From Amoebidium appalachense (Eukaryota > Protista > Ichthyosporea), in the NCBI GenBank assembly GCA_963693365.1, contig CAVNZM010000010.1, positions 7,379,794 to 7,443,793 of the forward strand: 64,000 nucleotides of DNA. Direction: 5' to 3'. A program made the position numbers and the translations under genes. Shown here one piece after another: positions 1-23,482 of the stretch; the stretch's first letter is position 1, and each line of letters begins with the position of its first letter. The notes below the pieces were generated by a model. It made no database searches, was not told the DNA's origin, and was given only the letters and a program-made list of their open reading frames with translations.

Positions 1-154
1 GGGGGGATTACGAAGGAACAATGGCACTTCATATCTCCCGCTTCACCCCACAAAAAGGGAAAGGAAAAAAGGAAAAGATATGATGAAGAAGGAGGAGGAA
101 GAGAAATAATGGCACAAGCATAGAATTTGGAGTGCTGATGCATGTGGGCTGCAG

Positions 155-5532
<5,378 letters not shown>

Positions 5533-5631
5533 TCGAGCTACATGTGCAGAGGTAAAATATGTCGTGGGTGGTTGGCTCTCAAGAGGGATGTCGCTACGTT
5601 GTGACCTTTAATAGCCGCCACGTGGATGTGA

Positions 5632-5704
5632 CCCCGATTAGTGTAGTGGTTTAGCACTTTGGACTTTGAATCCAACAACCCGAGTTCGAATCTCGGATCG
5701 GGGT
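5632..5704 (+). tRNA. tRNA-Gln(TTG)
   Basis: Full cloverleaf: acceptor CCCCGAT/ATCGGGG, D arm GTGT..GCAC, anticodon arm TTGGA-CT-TTG-AA-TCCAA, T arm CCGAG-TTCGAAT-CTCGG. Poly-T Pol III terminator about 10 nt downstream. Confidence 0.95.
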
Positions 5705-5710
5705 TGATTA

Positions 5711-5745
<35 letters not shown>

Positions 5746-6131
5746 GCGTGTGTGTGTTATTCACCCCTCTTTGCCTCCTCCTTTTCCTTCTTTCTTTTTT
5801 TTTTTTTTTTTAATGCCCCTTCTCATTTTCCCCCTTCCGTATTCACTTTTTCTCGTTTGCTTGCCAGCGGCGTTCTTTACCTTTCAAGTTTGTTCTCTTG
5901 TTTCGGGCATGCGCGAAAAGCAGCGCGCATATTTGTCGCTACGCATTCCTATTGGTTGGCCGTTTGACGGTTAGGTGCGATGGTCATGGCTCACGTTCTG
6001 AAAACATGACCTACTCTGTACCTTAGCTTTGTGCAGTTTTGGGATGGTTTAGTTTCCGGCTTTCTCTGTTCTTACGCTTTCGTATGTTGGCCTGGACACT
6101 CTTGCATGTAGACATAGAAGTTGTTTCATCA

Positions 6132-6172
<41 letters not shown>

Positions 6173-6334
6173 CCTTCCACCTCTTCCCACTGCGACATTG
6201 TCGTGCTGTGAGCACGTTCACCCAACCTTCTATCCATTTGTCCCATGCCCTTCTTTCTTGCCTAGACCAAGAGCACGTCTTCCTAGCACAATTTAGCGAG
6301 CTTTACGCGCCGAAGGCGCACAGAAACCGACAAC

Positions 6335-10585
<4,251 letters not shown>

Positions 10586-12300
10586 CAACACGTGCACGCC
10601 AAGGGTACGTGGATATTTTTCACTGAATCGAATGTGTATGCTAAGCTAGTTCGAAGATATACGTAACAGTAGATATTCGATGGAATAATATGAATAGATA
10701 CCTGAATATAGATATGCTGGTTGTATGATGATTGATGGGCAGGCTCCCATAGTGATATCGTGTGCATAAGCTGTGTTCTTTTTCTGCTCTTACTCTCGGC
10801 GTTGCACGATCTTGGTGTGTGGCTAACGGCGTGCATTCCGATAGGGCACACTAAGTAGCACAGCGCTTCTAACGCATTTTTAAAAGTAGCCTGAGGAGCC
10901 TACGGGGATGGCTTGTTGCACGCAAATACTAGTTCGTCTTATATTCTATAGATAACATTTCTGGCTGTTCGACATATAGAATCTTTTTTTTTTTTTTTTT
11001 TTTTTTTTTGGCCATCCCTAGTAGCAAATAGCTGGTTTTCTCCTGATACCCCTCCCGGAATGATAGATCTCGTGATTTTTTTTTGAAAATTGTCACGGGA
11101 CGGTGGACCGATAGTAATATGACATGCATGAAAATTCGCTGTGATATACGAAAGATTTTCTGTGCACTGTTAGCTCGTTCATAATGTAATTTATAACCAC
11201 TAACTCGTGTAGTCTACTCCCCTTAAAGTGAAAATGAATGTCCTGTTCATATTTTCTTACGGGGATATATCGAAGGTGAGATATGCCACTGGTTGGGCTG
11301 AGCCACAGTGGTGCCCTTAGATTGAATATGGCGAGTGGCTGCATGGGAATGAATGATAAAGTGGTATGAAGCAGTGCTTCACAGCAATTTGACTAAGATT
11401 ATGTCTGACCCCCGGCCCCCCGCCCTTCCTTTCCCATCCACACACACACACACACACACACATGCACACACATGCACATGCACACGCACCCACAAACACA
11501 TACATACATACACACACGCGCGTGCACGCACCACATGTGTGCACGCACACATACAAGCATAGCTCAAAGCACCAACCGTGACACTAGTGGCCACCACTTG
11601 CAAACACGCGCGTAAATATTAGGCATATATGTACACTCGCATTCAAGTTGCGCGCGCACACACACACGCTTGCCTAGGGGCGCGCGCACACACACACACA
11701 CACTGTACATGTATGCCCTTGCATTTCCCCGGCCACCTGGGCTCTTGCCTGCACCGCGACCGTACGGTCTCGGTCACGCATTATGCTGATAGTTGAAGCT
11801 TTGAACATGATGCTTGTGAAAGGCTGCACCCTGAAATATACTTCAGTAATTAGTACACTAATATCGTGATCATGCAAGGTTTCCTGAAGTCAAAAGAGTG
11901 GCCACATGTTGTTTGGGGTTTACACAGCCACATGTTGTTAGTTTAGGGGGATTATTGTGTAAACAGAGAGATAGCCAATCACAAACGCGCTTGGGTGCGC
12001 TCCTAACCAATGGCGTTGCGCTCAACCCCACAAATAGCGGGCGTCAGCCTTCGGAAACGCTGAGTCCTGACTCCCGCAGGCACGCGTTAGCTAAGAGGGT
12101 GTGCTGTAGTTTTTTTTTTTTTTCAATAAACATGCTGAGCGGTTGCAAAAATATACAGAAACACGATTTTGAAAATAAGGGGTAGGCACGCATCGTCTTT
12201 GCTTGTAAGGGCATGAATGTTTGGTGTGGTTGATTGAGAGCGAACATTGCCCGACGGAAAACGTCAGATACGGCGCGTAGTTGCGAGGCTACAAGGCAAT

Positions 12301-13077
12301 ATGTTTGGTGAGTATTCTTTCCTGAAAGAGTAATGTGGTTTTCTGGTCACACATATGCACGTATTAAAAGTGCTCTTTTATGGTTATGCCATCTCTTCGA
12401 GATCCTTGTCCCTTTAACCAACCACATAGCATGAAAAAACATAACTTGACCAGCAGGTAGTTTCGTGTATGGGCACTGAGGGGATGCAAGCTTCAGCAAG
12501 ATATGCTACATATAGACAAGAACGGGCTCGCGGGGTTTGAGGGGGTGAGGAGGGAGAGGGGAGTAAGGGGGGAACGAACGATGTGGTCATCCTCATTTCC
12601 TTCCCCCGTCTACCGACACCTCGTACCCTCCCTACACGTATGTATATCTCCACTCTACCCTCGATCCCCTGACCTTGCCCTCCCGCATCAACAGGTCTTG
12701 TGAGGTTGCGGGCAGCTATGCCGACCGGCACACAGACGGCATGCACTCTCCGCTGCAATCTTACCCCAGGCTTTAAGGCACACACCCTTAATACCCCAAC
12801 TCAAGTACTCTGCCGCCACTTCAGCCAAACAAGCACCCACACCGCAGAGAGAAAGGGGCTGGCTGGGCTGTGGAAACGCTATGGGGAGTTGCTGGAAACA
12901 AACCCCTTTGTGACCAAGGGGATTACGGCAGGGATTATTGGTGGTGTTGGTGATGTGTGCTGCCAGAAACTGGTGGACAAGGTCGACGAGGTGAATTGGA
13001 AGCGCACGGGCATGTTTGTGCTCATCAACGGCATCTATGTGGCTCCTACCATACATGTGTGGTACAACTTAATTGCA

Positions 13078-13159
<82 letters not shown>

Positions 13160-13294
13160 TTTGCTAAAGCTTCTTTCTTTTCTTTCCTCCCCCCTCCCCC
13201 CCCCCCCCCCCCCCCGTTTTTTTTTTTTCTTTTGTTGTCCTTCTAATCCTCTCTTTTGTTGTCCTCCTCCTCCTCCTCCTTTTTGAGAGCACGT

Positions 13295-13339
<45 letters not shown>

Positions 13340-13564
13340 GGTGTGAACGGCCACCATGGTGCGAGTGTGGTATGGGAAAGAGTTCTCCTACCCTCCAAGT
13401 CCCCGCTCGCCCGTACACCACATATGCACACACACACGTGCACCTCGGCTTCCTCTTCTCCTCACCTTTAACTTCTTTTTTGCACCCCTCCTCCCCCCTT
13501 CCCCCTCGGCCCATTTGCCCTGCCGGTGGTGTGCCTTCTCACCTACCCCCTCCCTCCCCCCCCC

Positions 13565-13598
<34 letters not shown>

Positions 13599-13996
13599 CC
13601 ACACACACACACACACACACACACACCCAACCCACTCATTCTCTTAACCCCTTTCTCCCACCTACGTGCTCTCAACTCCCTCTCGCTCGTCTCCACGGAA
13701 TGTTCTCTATTTATTTCTTGGTCCCTTCTTCCCGCCTGCCCTGATTTCGACTCCGTCGGCGGAATGGGAGGGTGTAGGACCATTGGGCGGTGGGGGGGCA
13801 TGCAGGGTGTGTTTGCGCAACTTGCAGCCGACCAGCTGCTGTTTGCCCCCGCCTTCATCTCGTCCTTTACTGCGCTGCTGCTGGCCGTAGAGGGCAGGGC
13901 TGCAGACCTGCCCGGCCACCTTGCACAGCACCTTTGGTCCACCCTGATTGCTAACTGGCAGGCAAGTGCTTATATCCATTGCCCCCCCCCTCCCAA

Positions 13997-14066
<70 letters not shown>

Positions 14067-14671
14067 ACTGGCCACCCACACACACACACACACACACCCA
14101 CTACCACCAGCACGTCAGCCACACCCCCTTCCCTTTTCCACAAAGTCTTATCAATAAACCACCCATACACGTTCTTAAACGTCTTATCCCCTTCTCCCCA
14201 CCTTTTCCACACAATTCCTTTCAACCATAGAAGCACATTAAACCCCCTTTTCCTGCCTGCCCCCCTCCCCCCCCCCCCCCCCCCCCCCCGGCCCTTTGCT
14301 TCACTTTGCCCTTTGCTTCGCTTCGCAAACAGGAGTTTGGAGAGAGAAAATAGAGAGGGGGGAGGGGGGAGGGGGAGAGGGAGGGGGGGGGGGGGGGGGG
14401 GGCACGGTCAAAGGAGGGAGGTAAAGAGAGGAGAGAGCATTGGCACACTTTCCGAGTCTTTCACCCGGATTTGCCTTCCACAATCCTCCCCCCCCCCCCC
14501 CCCCCACCCACCCACCCACCTACCCATGCACCCACCCACCCCCATCCGTCCATCCACCACCACCACACACACACATACACACACAAACACATGCACTCGG
14601 GGACGCACACACACATACACACACACACACTCGAGCGCGCACACAAAAACACACTCACACACACACTCGAG

Positions 14672-14718
<47 letters not shown>

Positions 14719-14726
14719 ACTCACAC

Positions 14727-14776
<50 letters not shown>

Positions 14777-14786
14777 ACTCACACTT

Positions 14787-14818
<32 letters not shown>

Positions 14819-15005
14819 ACACACACACACACTCACACAGATCTGGGTTCCAGCCAACTACGTCAACTTCCGCTATGTGCCCCTGGCCTACCGTGTTTTG
14901 TTTGGCAATGGCGTGTCACTCGTATGGAACACGTACCTCTCATATGCAACACACAAGTCCGTCGAGCCGTTTGACTCGGCACCCCCAGAGAATATTCACA
15001 TTTGA
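12301..15005 (+). CDS. Mpv17/PMP22-family membrane protein with probable mitochondrial presequence
   Basis: Exons 12301-12307, 12695-13079, 13778-13961 (GC donor), 14841-15005. Family motifs: LLETNPFVTKGITAGIIGGVGDVCCQ, NWKRT..F, ADQLLFAP, NWQIWVPANYVNFRYVP..YRVLFGNGVSLVWNTYLS. Confidence 0.92.
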
Positions 15006-15634
15006 TCGTGTGGAGCGGCGTGTTCTGTTTTTTGTCACTCATTAGGTCCTCTCAAGCTTCCTTTTTTTTTTTTTTGGTTGTTATGGGTACCTCGAATTCA
15101 AACCGAGAAAAAATATTCGAAGGAGCAAAAGTTTTATACTACAGTACAGAAGGAATCAAAAGTTAGCTTAGAGTATAGTACCATTGGTGTTGTATTTATA
15201 TGTCCGAAAAATATGCTTTGCCATATCATTGTACATATTCTCTTTTCCCTTTGTTTCATCACAACGGACCCGATCAATAAGGGTTTTGTGTTGCCAATGT
15301 GTGGCCCGGTGACTTGATAACTCACATATAATCATACACGTAATAACTGAACACTGACAACATATATTCATGAAGCACACGTACAAGACGCATGCGTCAC
15401 GCCAAGGTCAGTAGACTCCGGCTCTGCGTACAGGTGATCTCTACTCCCGTCACACATACACTAGGGTGCCTCCCCTAGTATCTCGTGAAACGAACCCCCC
15501 CTCCCCCCCCCCCCCCCCCCCCTCCCCTTCCCTTCCACACCCACGCACACATGCATAGAAAATTGGACACACACACCCGCATGCACAAACCCATCGACAC
15601 AAGCACCCACACACAAAGATGGAGAGGGGAAGAG

Positions 15635-15670
<36 letters not shown>

Positions 15671-16635
15671 CGCGCCAGCTCCCCACCATGTTAGTCCTTC
15701 TTCAGGCCCTGACTTGCATATATCTATCCGGCCATGAGTTTTTCCTCACAGTCCCGTGTTTTATGTGGGAGCAACTTCTTTGGGTGATAACTGGAGACTT
15801 GGCACTAATATTGGTGTTCGGACCCCCCCCCCCCCCCCCCCCCCCCCCCACCTCCACCCCCATAGGCCAACCCTGTCCCCGCAAGCCACTCCAAGACGGT
15901 CCTCAGTGCCTAATGCAGACATGACAAAGTCGTGAGCATTCTTGACTACAAGGGTATTGATCACGTGCAAGGGTACTAGGCCGAATTTAATATTTCCGAA
16001 ATTTTACAGCGCTGCTAGCGCTAGAAATTTTTGCTAGTGCTAGAATTTTTGGGAAATTGTAGGACACCGTGCGTGTAAACTTTACACCGTGACAATGATG
16101 AATGTGGTCATGGCATTCCATGCTTGTGCTCGAGCTCTCAGTCGTCCCGCCCTGCTCCACTTCTTTTCCCTGCCCCCCTCCCCCCCTCCCCCCCCCCCCG
16201 GCACCCCCCTTCCACCCTTGGCGCTTGTGTGGCCCAGGGTTGCGCAAAACATGGGAGAGAGGGAGAAGGGTGGTGAGGGGGGGAGGGGGGGGGGGATGCA
16301 AATAGTCATATTTGTATGGAGGCGGGGCAAGCCTGCTAGATGGACTAAACCATTTTCTGAAAATATGGCTATAGTGCTAGAACTTCATAAGTTACTGTAA
16401 CTAGATGTCGAAAAATCTTAAAGCTCATAACTTTGCCGAGTCAGGTCGAGCCATAGGGAAGGATCGTCGAGGAGTGACTTGCGTGCGTGCAAGGTGTGTG
16501 TGTGTGTAGGGGTGTGTGTCCCGGGGGGGGGGGGGGGGGGGGGAGGGGGGAGGTGGGGGGGAGGGGGGAGGGGGAGGGGGGGGCACAGGAGGGGCGATAT
16601 CTAGCAAAAGATCGGGGGGGGGGGGAGGGGGGAGG

Positions 16636-16688
<53 letters not shown>

Positions 16689-17171
16689 AGTCGGACTCAA
16701 AGAGAGAGAAAGAGAGAGAGGGGGGGGGGGGGGGGGGAAGCCTCGGGAGGGCGGGGGAGGGGGGGGGGGGGGGGGAGAAAGGGGGGAATGGCCGAGATCA
16801 TTCTCAATCCCCACACTTCAGTATTGGCGCTGTTTGCGATTAACCGGCCAGGACTCGAGCCATCCTCCCCCCCCCCCCCCCCCCCCAAAAAAAAAAAAAA
16901 AAAAAAGAAAGAAAGAAAAAAAACTTTAAAAAAAGAAAAAAGACTCAAATGAAATACATGAAATCATAAATATCCTTAACAAAAATTGGATAAGATAAGT
17001 ATGCCAAACCGTGTCAACTCGGATTTGAGTGAAGGCAAGACCGGATTCTGGGGGAAACGTGTCGTGGCGCTGCAGCCTTGGGACAGGTCACAGTCCGTAA
17101 CAGTGTGTACAACCGGGAGGGGGCTCTGCACAGTGAGGTGGGTGTTGCGGTGTGCCTGCAGTACGTGTTGT

Positions 17172-17227
<56 letters not shown>

Positions 17228-17273
17228 CTGTGTGCATGCTACAGGCCTGTAACCCGGGGGGTCACACGTGCTA

Positions 17274-17305
<32 letters not shown>

Positions 17306-17357
17306 GTGTGTGTATGTGTGTGTGTGTGTGCGCGTGTGTGTGCCAGTGTGTGTGTGC

Positions 17358-17420
<63 letters not shown>

Positions 17421-17554
17421 GGGGGGGAACAGTGTGTGTGTGTGTATCTGTGTCGCACAACCCGTGTAAGGTCCAAGGAGGCGGGGGGAGGGTTAGGAGG
17501 GAGGGGTGGGGTGGGGTGGGGGGGGCATGGGGGTGAGGGGGTGTGTGTGCCTAC

Positions 17555-17834
17555 CTGAACCACCAAAAGATATTGCAATAGCCCAGTTTGGTAGACTAAT
17601 TCTCTAGCTCTTATTGGCTACGGTGCTCCCCCCCCCCCCCCCCCCCCCCCCCCCAACACACACACACCAGCGCTTGCGCCTTTCCATCTTGATGCACCAC
17701 CTAAACACCCTCATGATCTTTTTCTAAATACTGGGGGAGGGGGAGGGCACGAGAACTTCCGGCGGAGGGTACCTGCATAGAGATGGGGGGAATCTCTTTT
17801 CTAATCGGCAATCCTCTTTGCATCACTGCAGAAG

Positions 17835-17884
<50 letters not shown>

Positions 17885-18659
17885 CTTCCCCCTAAAAAGA
17901 GAGAGCAAGGTCATCGAGACAGGGGCGGCAAAGGGAGAAGGGGTGGACTCCGCAAGTGGTATAGACATGTGAGTTGGCTTCGGATCTCCCCTGGATCCAA
18001 AGTTTTTTTTCCCCTGCTTTTTCATTTGGTGTTTGTACGTTCGCTGAAGATAGGTGGGTAACATACACAAGTGCAGATACAACGTTATCTCAGTTGGTAT
18101 TTAAGCAGGCCAATTAAATGGTTTCAAAACAGAAACCCACCGTCCCCCCCACCCACCCCTTCTCCTTCCTCCTCAAGGGCAAGACTGAATGTGCATTGCG
18201 CGCAGGCTAATATCTTTTATCTGTTTTGCATTGCAATTGCCAAGGTGCATTTCACCGTGGTTAAATTGTACATTTGTTTTGCCTACTATTGCACACCCCC
18301 CCATTCACAACCACATCCACTCCCTTACCTTGTATCGGCAACAGCACAACCTGACACACACACACATGCATGCAAAGAACCACACCACCGCACCCCCGAC
18401 AATCTTCAAAACAAAACCCACCCACTCGCCCTCAATCTCATACCTACACCCACATATACTTGTCGGGCTAACACGTCCAATCCACGGATAACCAAAAAAA
18501 CATCCATTCAGTTACACCCTTACGCCGTGACGCATCTGCATCCCCCCCCCCCCCCTCCCCCCCCCCCCCCCCCCACCGCAACACACTCACACTGGCACAC
18601 CAGGCACACACTACACTGTACACATACACACATGCACACGCGCGCACACACACAGCTAT

Positions 18660-18740
<81 letters not shown>

Positions 18741-18756
18741 TCATACACACATACAT

Positions 18757-18816
<60 letters not shown>

Positions 18817-18877
18817 CGGCACACAGATACATACATCACACACACACACACACACACACACAAACATCCACACATCC

Positions 18878-18908
<31 letters not shown>

Positions 18909-19001
18909 CGGCACACATGATACATACATGCATACATACACACACACACAAACATCCACACATCCAATACACTCACACACACACACACACACACACACAT
19001 C

Positions 19002-19038
<37 letters not shown>

Positions 19039-19056
19039 ACGCGCACGTATATACAT

Positions 19057-19103
<47 letters not shown>

Positions 19104-19556
19104 CACACACACACGCACACACACACACACACACATACACACTGTCGACACACACGCACAGTGTAACTTCTTCAACCCTATCCAGATGCTCAGAGCTGTG
19201 ATAGTGTTGAAGTAGTTCAATCTGCACGACAACAGGGGCTGCAGTGATATGGGGCGTTTGCTTGCAGGTCACGAGCCGCCGGCTAGGAAGGGCAAACGGG
19301 CAGACCACGAAGAAATGATGATAAGAATCGAAAGGGTTGGGGAGGGGGAAGTTGGGGGGGGGGGGGGGGGGGGGGGGGGCAGGCTTACATCTGAGACAGT
19401 GTCTAGGCACTGAATGGGCATAGACATTAGCCTAGTGTTCATTGTTTGTGTGTCACGGTGCGTGCCTGGTATCCTGCGGTACGTATACATGTGCTAATTC
19501 ATATACATGATTTCAATCGAATATGTATGCCAGTGGTCGCGGTCACGGTGTGTGCA

Positions 19557-19594
<38 letters not shown>

Positions 19595-19705
19595 TGTGTG
19601 TGTGTGTGTGTTCCTGAGGGCCTAGCTTGCCCGTTAAGTGCAGGTATTTTTGTTTGTGTGGAAGGAGAGGCAGGAAGGGGTGAAAGGGTGGGAACGAGGG
19701 TGGAG

Positions 19706-19803
<98 letters not shown>

Positions 19804-19865
19804 GCGTGTGTGCGTGTGTGTGTGTGTGTGTGTGCCGTGTGAGAGCGATCGAGATCTTCTAGATC

Positions 19866-19916
<51 letters not shown>

Positions 19917-20350
19917 TGTGTGTGTGTGCGTTTGTGTGTGTGTGTGTGTGCCGTGTACATGTGAGAGCAATCGAGAGTCTAGATCTAGAGAGAGAGAGCC
20001 TCGACTCGGAGAGGATACCAGCGGATCTCAGTAGAGAGATCTCATCTCTACTAGTGAGCGAGACACCAACACGTCGCGAGAGCCTGGAGAGAGAGAGAGG
20101 GGGGGGGGGGGGGGGGGGGGGGGGGTTGTAAAAATGATAATGTGATTGCACGGCTGGCCATGCAGGTTGTTTTGACTCACGTGATTTGAAGTGATTTGAA
20201 CGACGAAAATCCACGCAATCTTAAACTCGGTCTGCTGGCCCCTTTTCTTAGGCCTACCTATGATGCATCATAGGCTTGGGGCCTAGGAAACCTTACACGG
20301 TTAACTTTGGGGTGACAGACTCGAAGTTGGACGCAGCAGCAAGGGTTATC
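17555..20350 (-). CDS. Possible multi-exon gene (short exons; structure not resolved)
   Basis: Minus-strand AG..GT-bounded unique islands between microsatellites, e.g. ~20298-20350 ([17 protein letters not shown]), ~19160-19221 ([20 protein letters not shown]), ~17555-17595 ([13 protein letters not shown]). Confidence 0.3.
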
Positions 20351-20424
20351 TGCAGAATATCTTCTATATTTTCAACATAACGGTGAGAAAACTGTAGCGT
20401 GTGTGGAAGGGACATACCGTAGTG

Positions 20425-20700
20425 GAATCCCCCAAAACTCATGTGCGTGGGGCGAGTCGGATGTGTGTAATAGCGGATTTCGATTTTCCTTTCGACATTT
20501 AGGCCACGTAAAATTCCGTTACAGACATAGGACTGCATGTAGTTCTACATAAAGTAAAAATTAATAAATTCACACTAAATATGGATTTTTTGTATAACGA
20601 GGCTCCATTTTCCATAGCTACTAGCTACATATTGTTACACACATATGGAAACGGGATCTAAAATTCCCGGGAGCGCAGGTACGGACATACGATCACCCCC
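20425..20700 (-). repeat. Dispersed repeat; uninterrupted (empty-site) copy of the repeat into which the Gag-YR element integrated
   Basis: Reverse complement matches 36809-37090, and its continuation (gatcgt) matches the flank at 44239-44250. Confidence 0.8.
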
Positions 20701-21278
20701 CACTTAGAAGTGTTGGGGGATTCCGTAGTGCACAGATTCTACCAATGAACGTCTTGCATTTGCGCATACCTTTGTTCTCTTATGCGTGGGTCGGGCCAAA
20801 TTTAACCCATTGGAATGTGGCCGCTCACGAACACACGTGCACAGCTGCATGCGCAGTGACCTCGTTTGGGGTTTCGCGCCAACCAGGTTTCTCACACGTA
20901 CTGACGGTGTGCACGCGCTGCGATGAACTTTACGTTCGCTGCAGACGGGCTCGCGACCGCGTGCATGCTTTCTGTCGCGGCGCCTCGACGGTTCGATAGA
21001 GTCCAGTGTTCGCTGAATGTGTAAGGAAAAACAAGGAGACATCTCAGTAGGTGGCAGACCAGGTTTCCTCTTTTACGTTTGCACACCATGCTGCGCCTGA
21101 CACGTGACAATTGTGGTGGTCGGCTTGCTGTGCGGCAGCAGCGTGGCCGGAAGGATTGTACCCCCCTCCCTGGACGCCTATGACGTTGGCGTGGGCAGAA
21201 GGGCCGGCGGTCATGCATATGGAGCACCGTGTGGCTAGACGATAACGAATGTGAAAAACATCTGATGTACATGTGCAA

Positions 21279-21386
21279 CAGTTTCGTTTAGATGTTTTAA
21301 TATTGCGTCCTCTTCCGTCGAAAGCGACACGTCAGTTTCGTTTAGATGTTTTAATATTGCGTCCTCTTCCGTCGAAAACGACACGT
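21279..21386 (+). repeat. 54-bp tandem duplication
   Basis: CAGTTTCGTTTAGATGTTTTAATATTGCGTCCTCTTCCGTCGAAArCGACACGT x2. Confidence 0.9.
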
Positions 21387-22711
21387 AATAATTAAGGCTC
21401 CTATAGCCAAAGCAAAGGGTCCTGGGATATTATTACAGATTGTGTATTAGAAGATATTTTATTGATGATTGTAGCAGTAAGAGCAATGGGAGTCATTCGC
21501 CGAAAGAACTTCAAGGCTAGTGACGAGGAGTCACAGGCGGTAAGTAGATGTATAAAAGTTGTAAAACGTTTATACAGCAACACAGAGGTATGTCTGATGG
21601 TAATCTCAGTGCTCGGGCATCATGGAACAGTAAATTTTTGAAGAACCAGTTACATAACGTGTTTCCAGCTAGGTAATAAATTCACGCCACACGAATCCGA
21701 ACAAACCTACAACATGTACAGCCAAATTCTAAAGTGGAGCTTCGTGGTTTAACTTAAATAACAATCAGTACCGGAGCACAACACTGATGGTGTGAAAAGC
21801 CCACACAGTGATAGCCTAGACTAATCAGCACGCTCAGGCCTGTACACGCCATACTATAATTGCCTCAGAATTAATCTAAGTTCGATCGAACTTAGAGCAT
21901 GAGAGAGAGTCTGACAGCAGGCTGCCTAGAAAACTCCCCTTTGGACGATTCAACATAGCTCGGCATTTGAGCATTTGGTCCGTCCCCCCCCCCTCCCCCC
22001 AACCCCCCCCCCCGTTCCACCCTCCTTCCCACCCTTGCACCCCCTCCCCGCCTTTCCATCCACACAAACAAAAGCACCGTTGGACTTAACGGGCAAGCTA
22101 AGCCCTCGGGATTCCGAACACAAGAACGTGCATGCGCGCGCGCACACACAATTTTCATACTGGCATACCTATTCAAACGAAAGCATGCATATGTGCATGA
22201 ATTCGTACACGTACCCAACACAAACGCGCACACAATATGAACACTGACCCATATCCCACGTAGTTCCTAGGTATTAGCCATCTCAGACGTCAAGCCACCC
22301 TCGCGGCCCCGCCTTTTCCTCGGAGCCCTCACCCCCCCCCCCCTTCACCCCCCAGAGTCTCCCGAATCGATATAGCTGTTTCCTCCCTCGGACTCACGCG
22401 TGTATACAACATGTTATACCTTCCTTCGTGCTCACCAGCTTGGACCCCAACCCATACTATATATGGCCATACATACTATATTCAAGCCTTCGGAAGTGGT
22501 CTCACGAGCATACACGAACTCCGTAGCGTTATGACACGTACGTGCATACGGAGAGGCACATGCATCTAACAGCTGCACACAGTGATGGACTTGGAAGCCG
22601 TGAGTCATACACGTTCATGTGCATACCGTAACGTATGCATGTACACACAAGCAACACCATCACCAGGCAAGGGCTCACGCGTGGCACTGCGCCACAGAAA
22701 CACCACACAGA

Positions 22712-22748
<37 letters not shown>

Positions 22749-23417
22749 AGCGCGCGCACACACGCACACACACACACACACTGTTACGCACACATCCTTA
22801 AGCAGTGTCAGCCCACTGGACAGGCGCATGCACACACCGTGACAATTATTACACAGAAATAAAGTGTGACGTAGTACTCTTTTGAACTTATCAGCAAAAA
22901 TACCTCCAAGTTGTCGGTTTTCCTTCTTGCCTCTGGCAGCCTTAGTGTATGTAGCCTACATTTACAAACAGCACTTAAACCGTTGTGCATGCAGTGTCAG
23001 TAAGGTTCTGAATTTGGCAGCATCACCATAAAAATCTGAAACCTTCTCAAACTGTTTATGAGCTGGTAAAAGCAACACCACCTGAAAAAACCGGCATTTA
23101 TAACATGTTGGTGACACATTCTCTGAATCTTGTCCCCCCCCCCCCCCCCCCCCCCCTGGCTCTCGAAATCTGTTTAATGTGGATGCGATCCGTATGTATT
23201 ATGTTTCGAAAGTCGTGCAAACTTACCCCTTCCGCTCTATCCAGTAAATTACTTCCTAACATGCTTTAATCCCCCCAACCCCTCACCCCACCCCCTTCCC
23301 CTCCCTCCCAACCTCACCCCTCCCTCCCTCCCCCCTCCCCCCCCCCCCCCCACACACACACCCTACCCCTCCCCCTGCCAGCCAAATTCTTAACGACAAC
23401 AACAACAGCAACCCTTC

Positions 23418-23448
<31 letters not shown>

Positions 23449-23482
23449 GGGGGGAATGAAAAGAAAAGGAAACAAAAACATG

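Larger units (their letters stand above)
19613..22110. repeat. ~90-bp dispersed repeat, two inverted copies (19613-19705 and 22017-22110)
   Basis: GAGGGCyTAGCTTGCCCGTTAAGT...TTTTGTTTGTGTGGA.GGA.AGGC.GG.AGGGGTG.AAGGGTGGGAA is present in both orientations. Confidence 0.7.

Noticed and set aside
13356-15005. 549-aa ORF as a single protein
   Set aside because: It is two Mpv17 exons bridged by a stop-free low-complexity intron.
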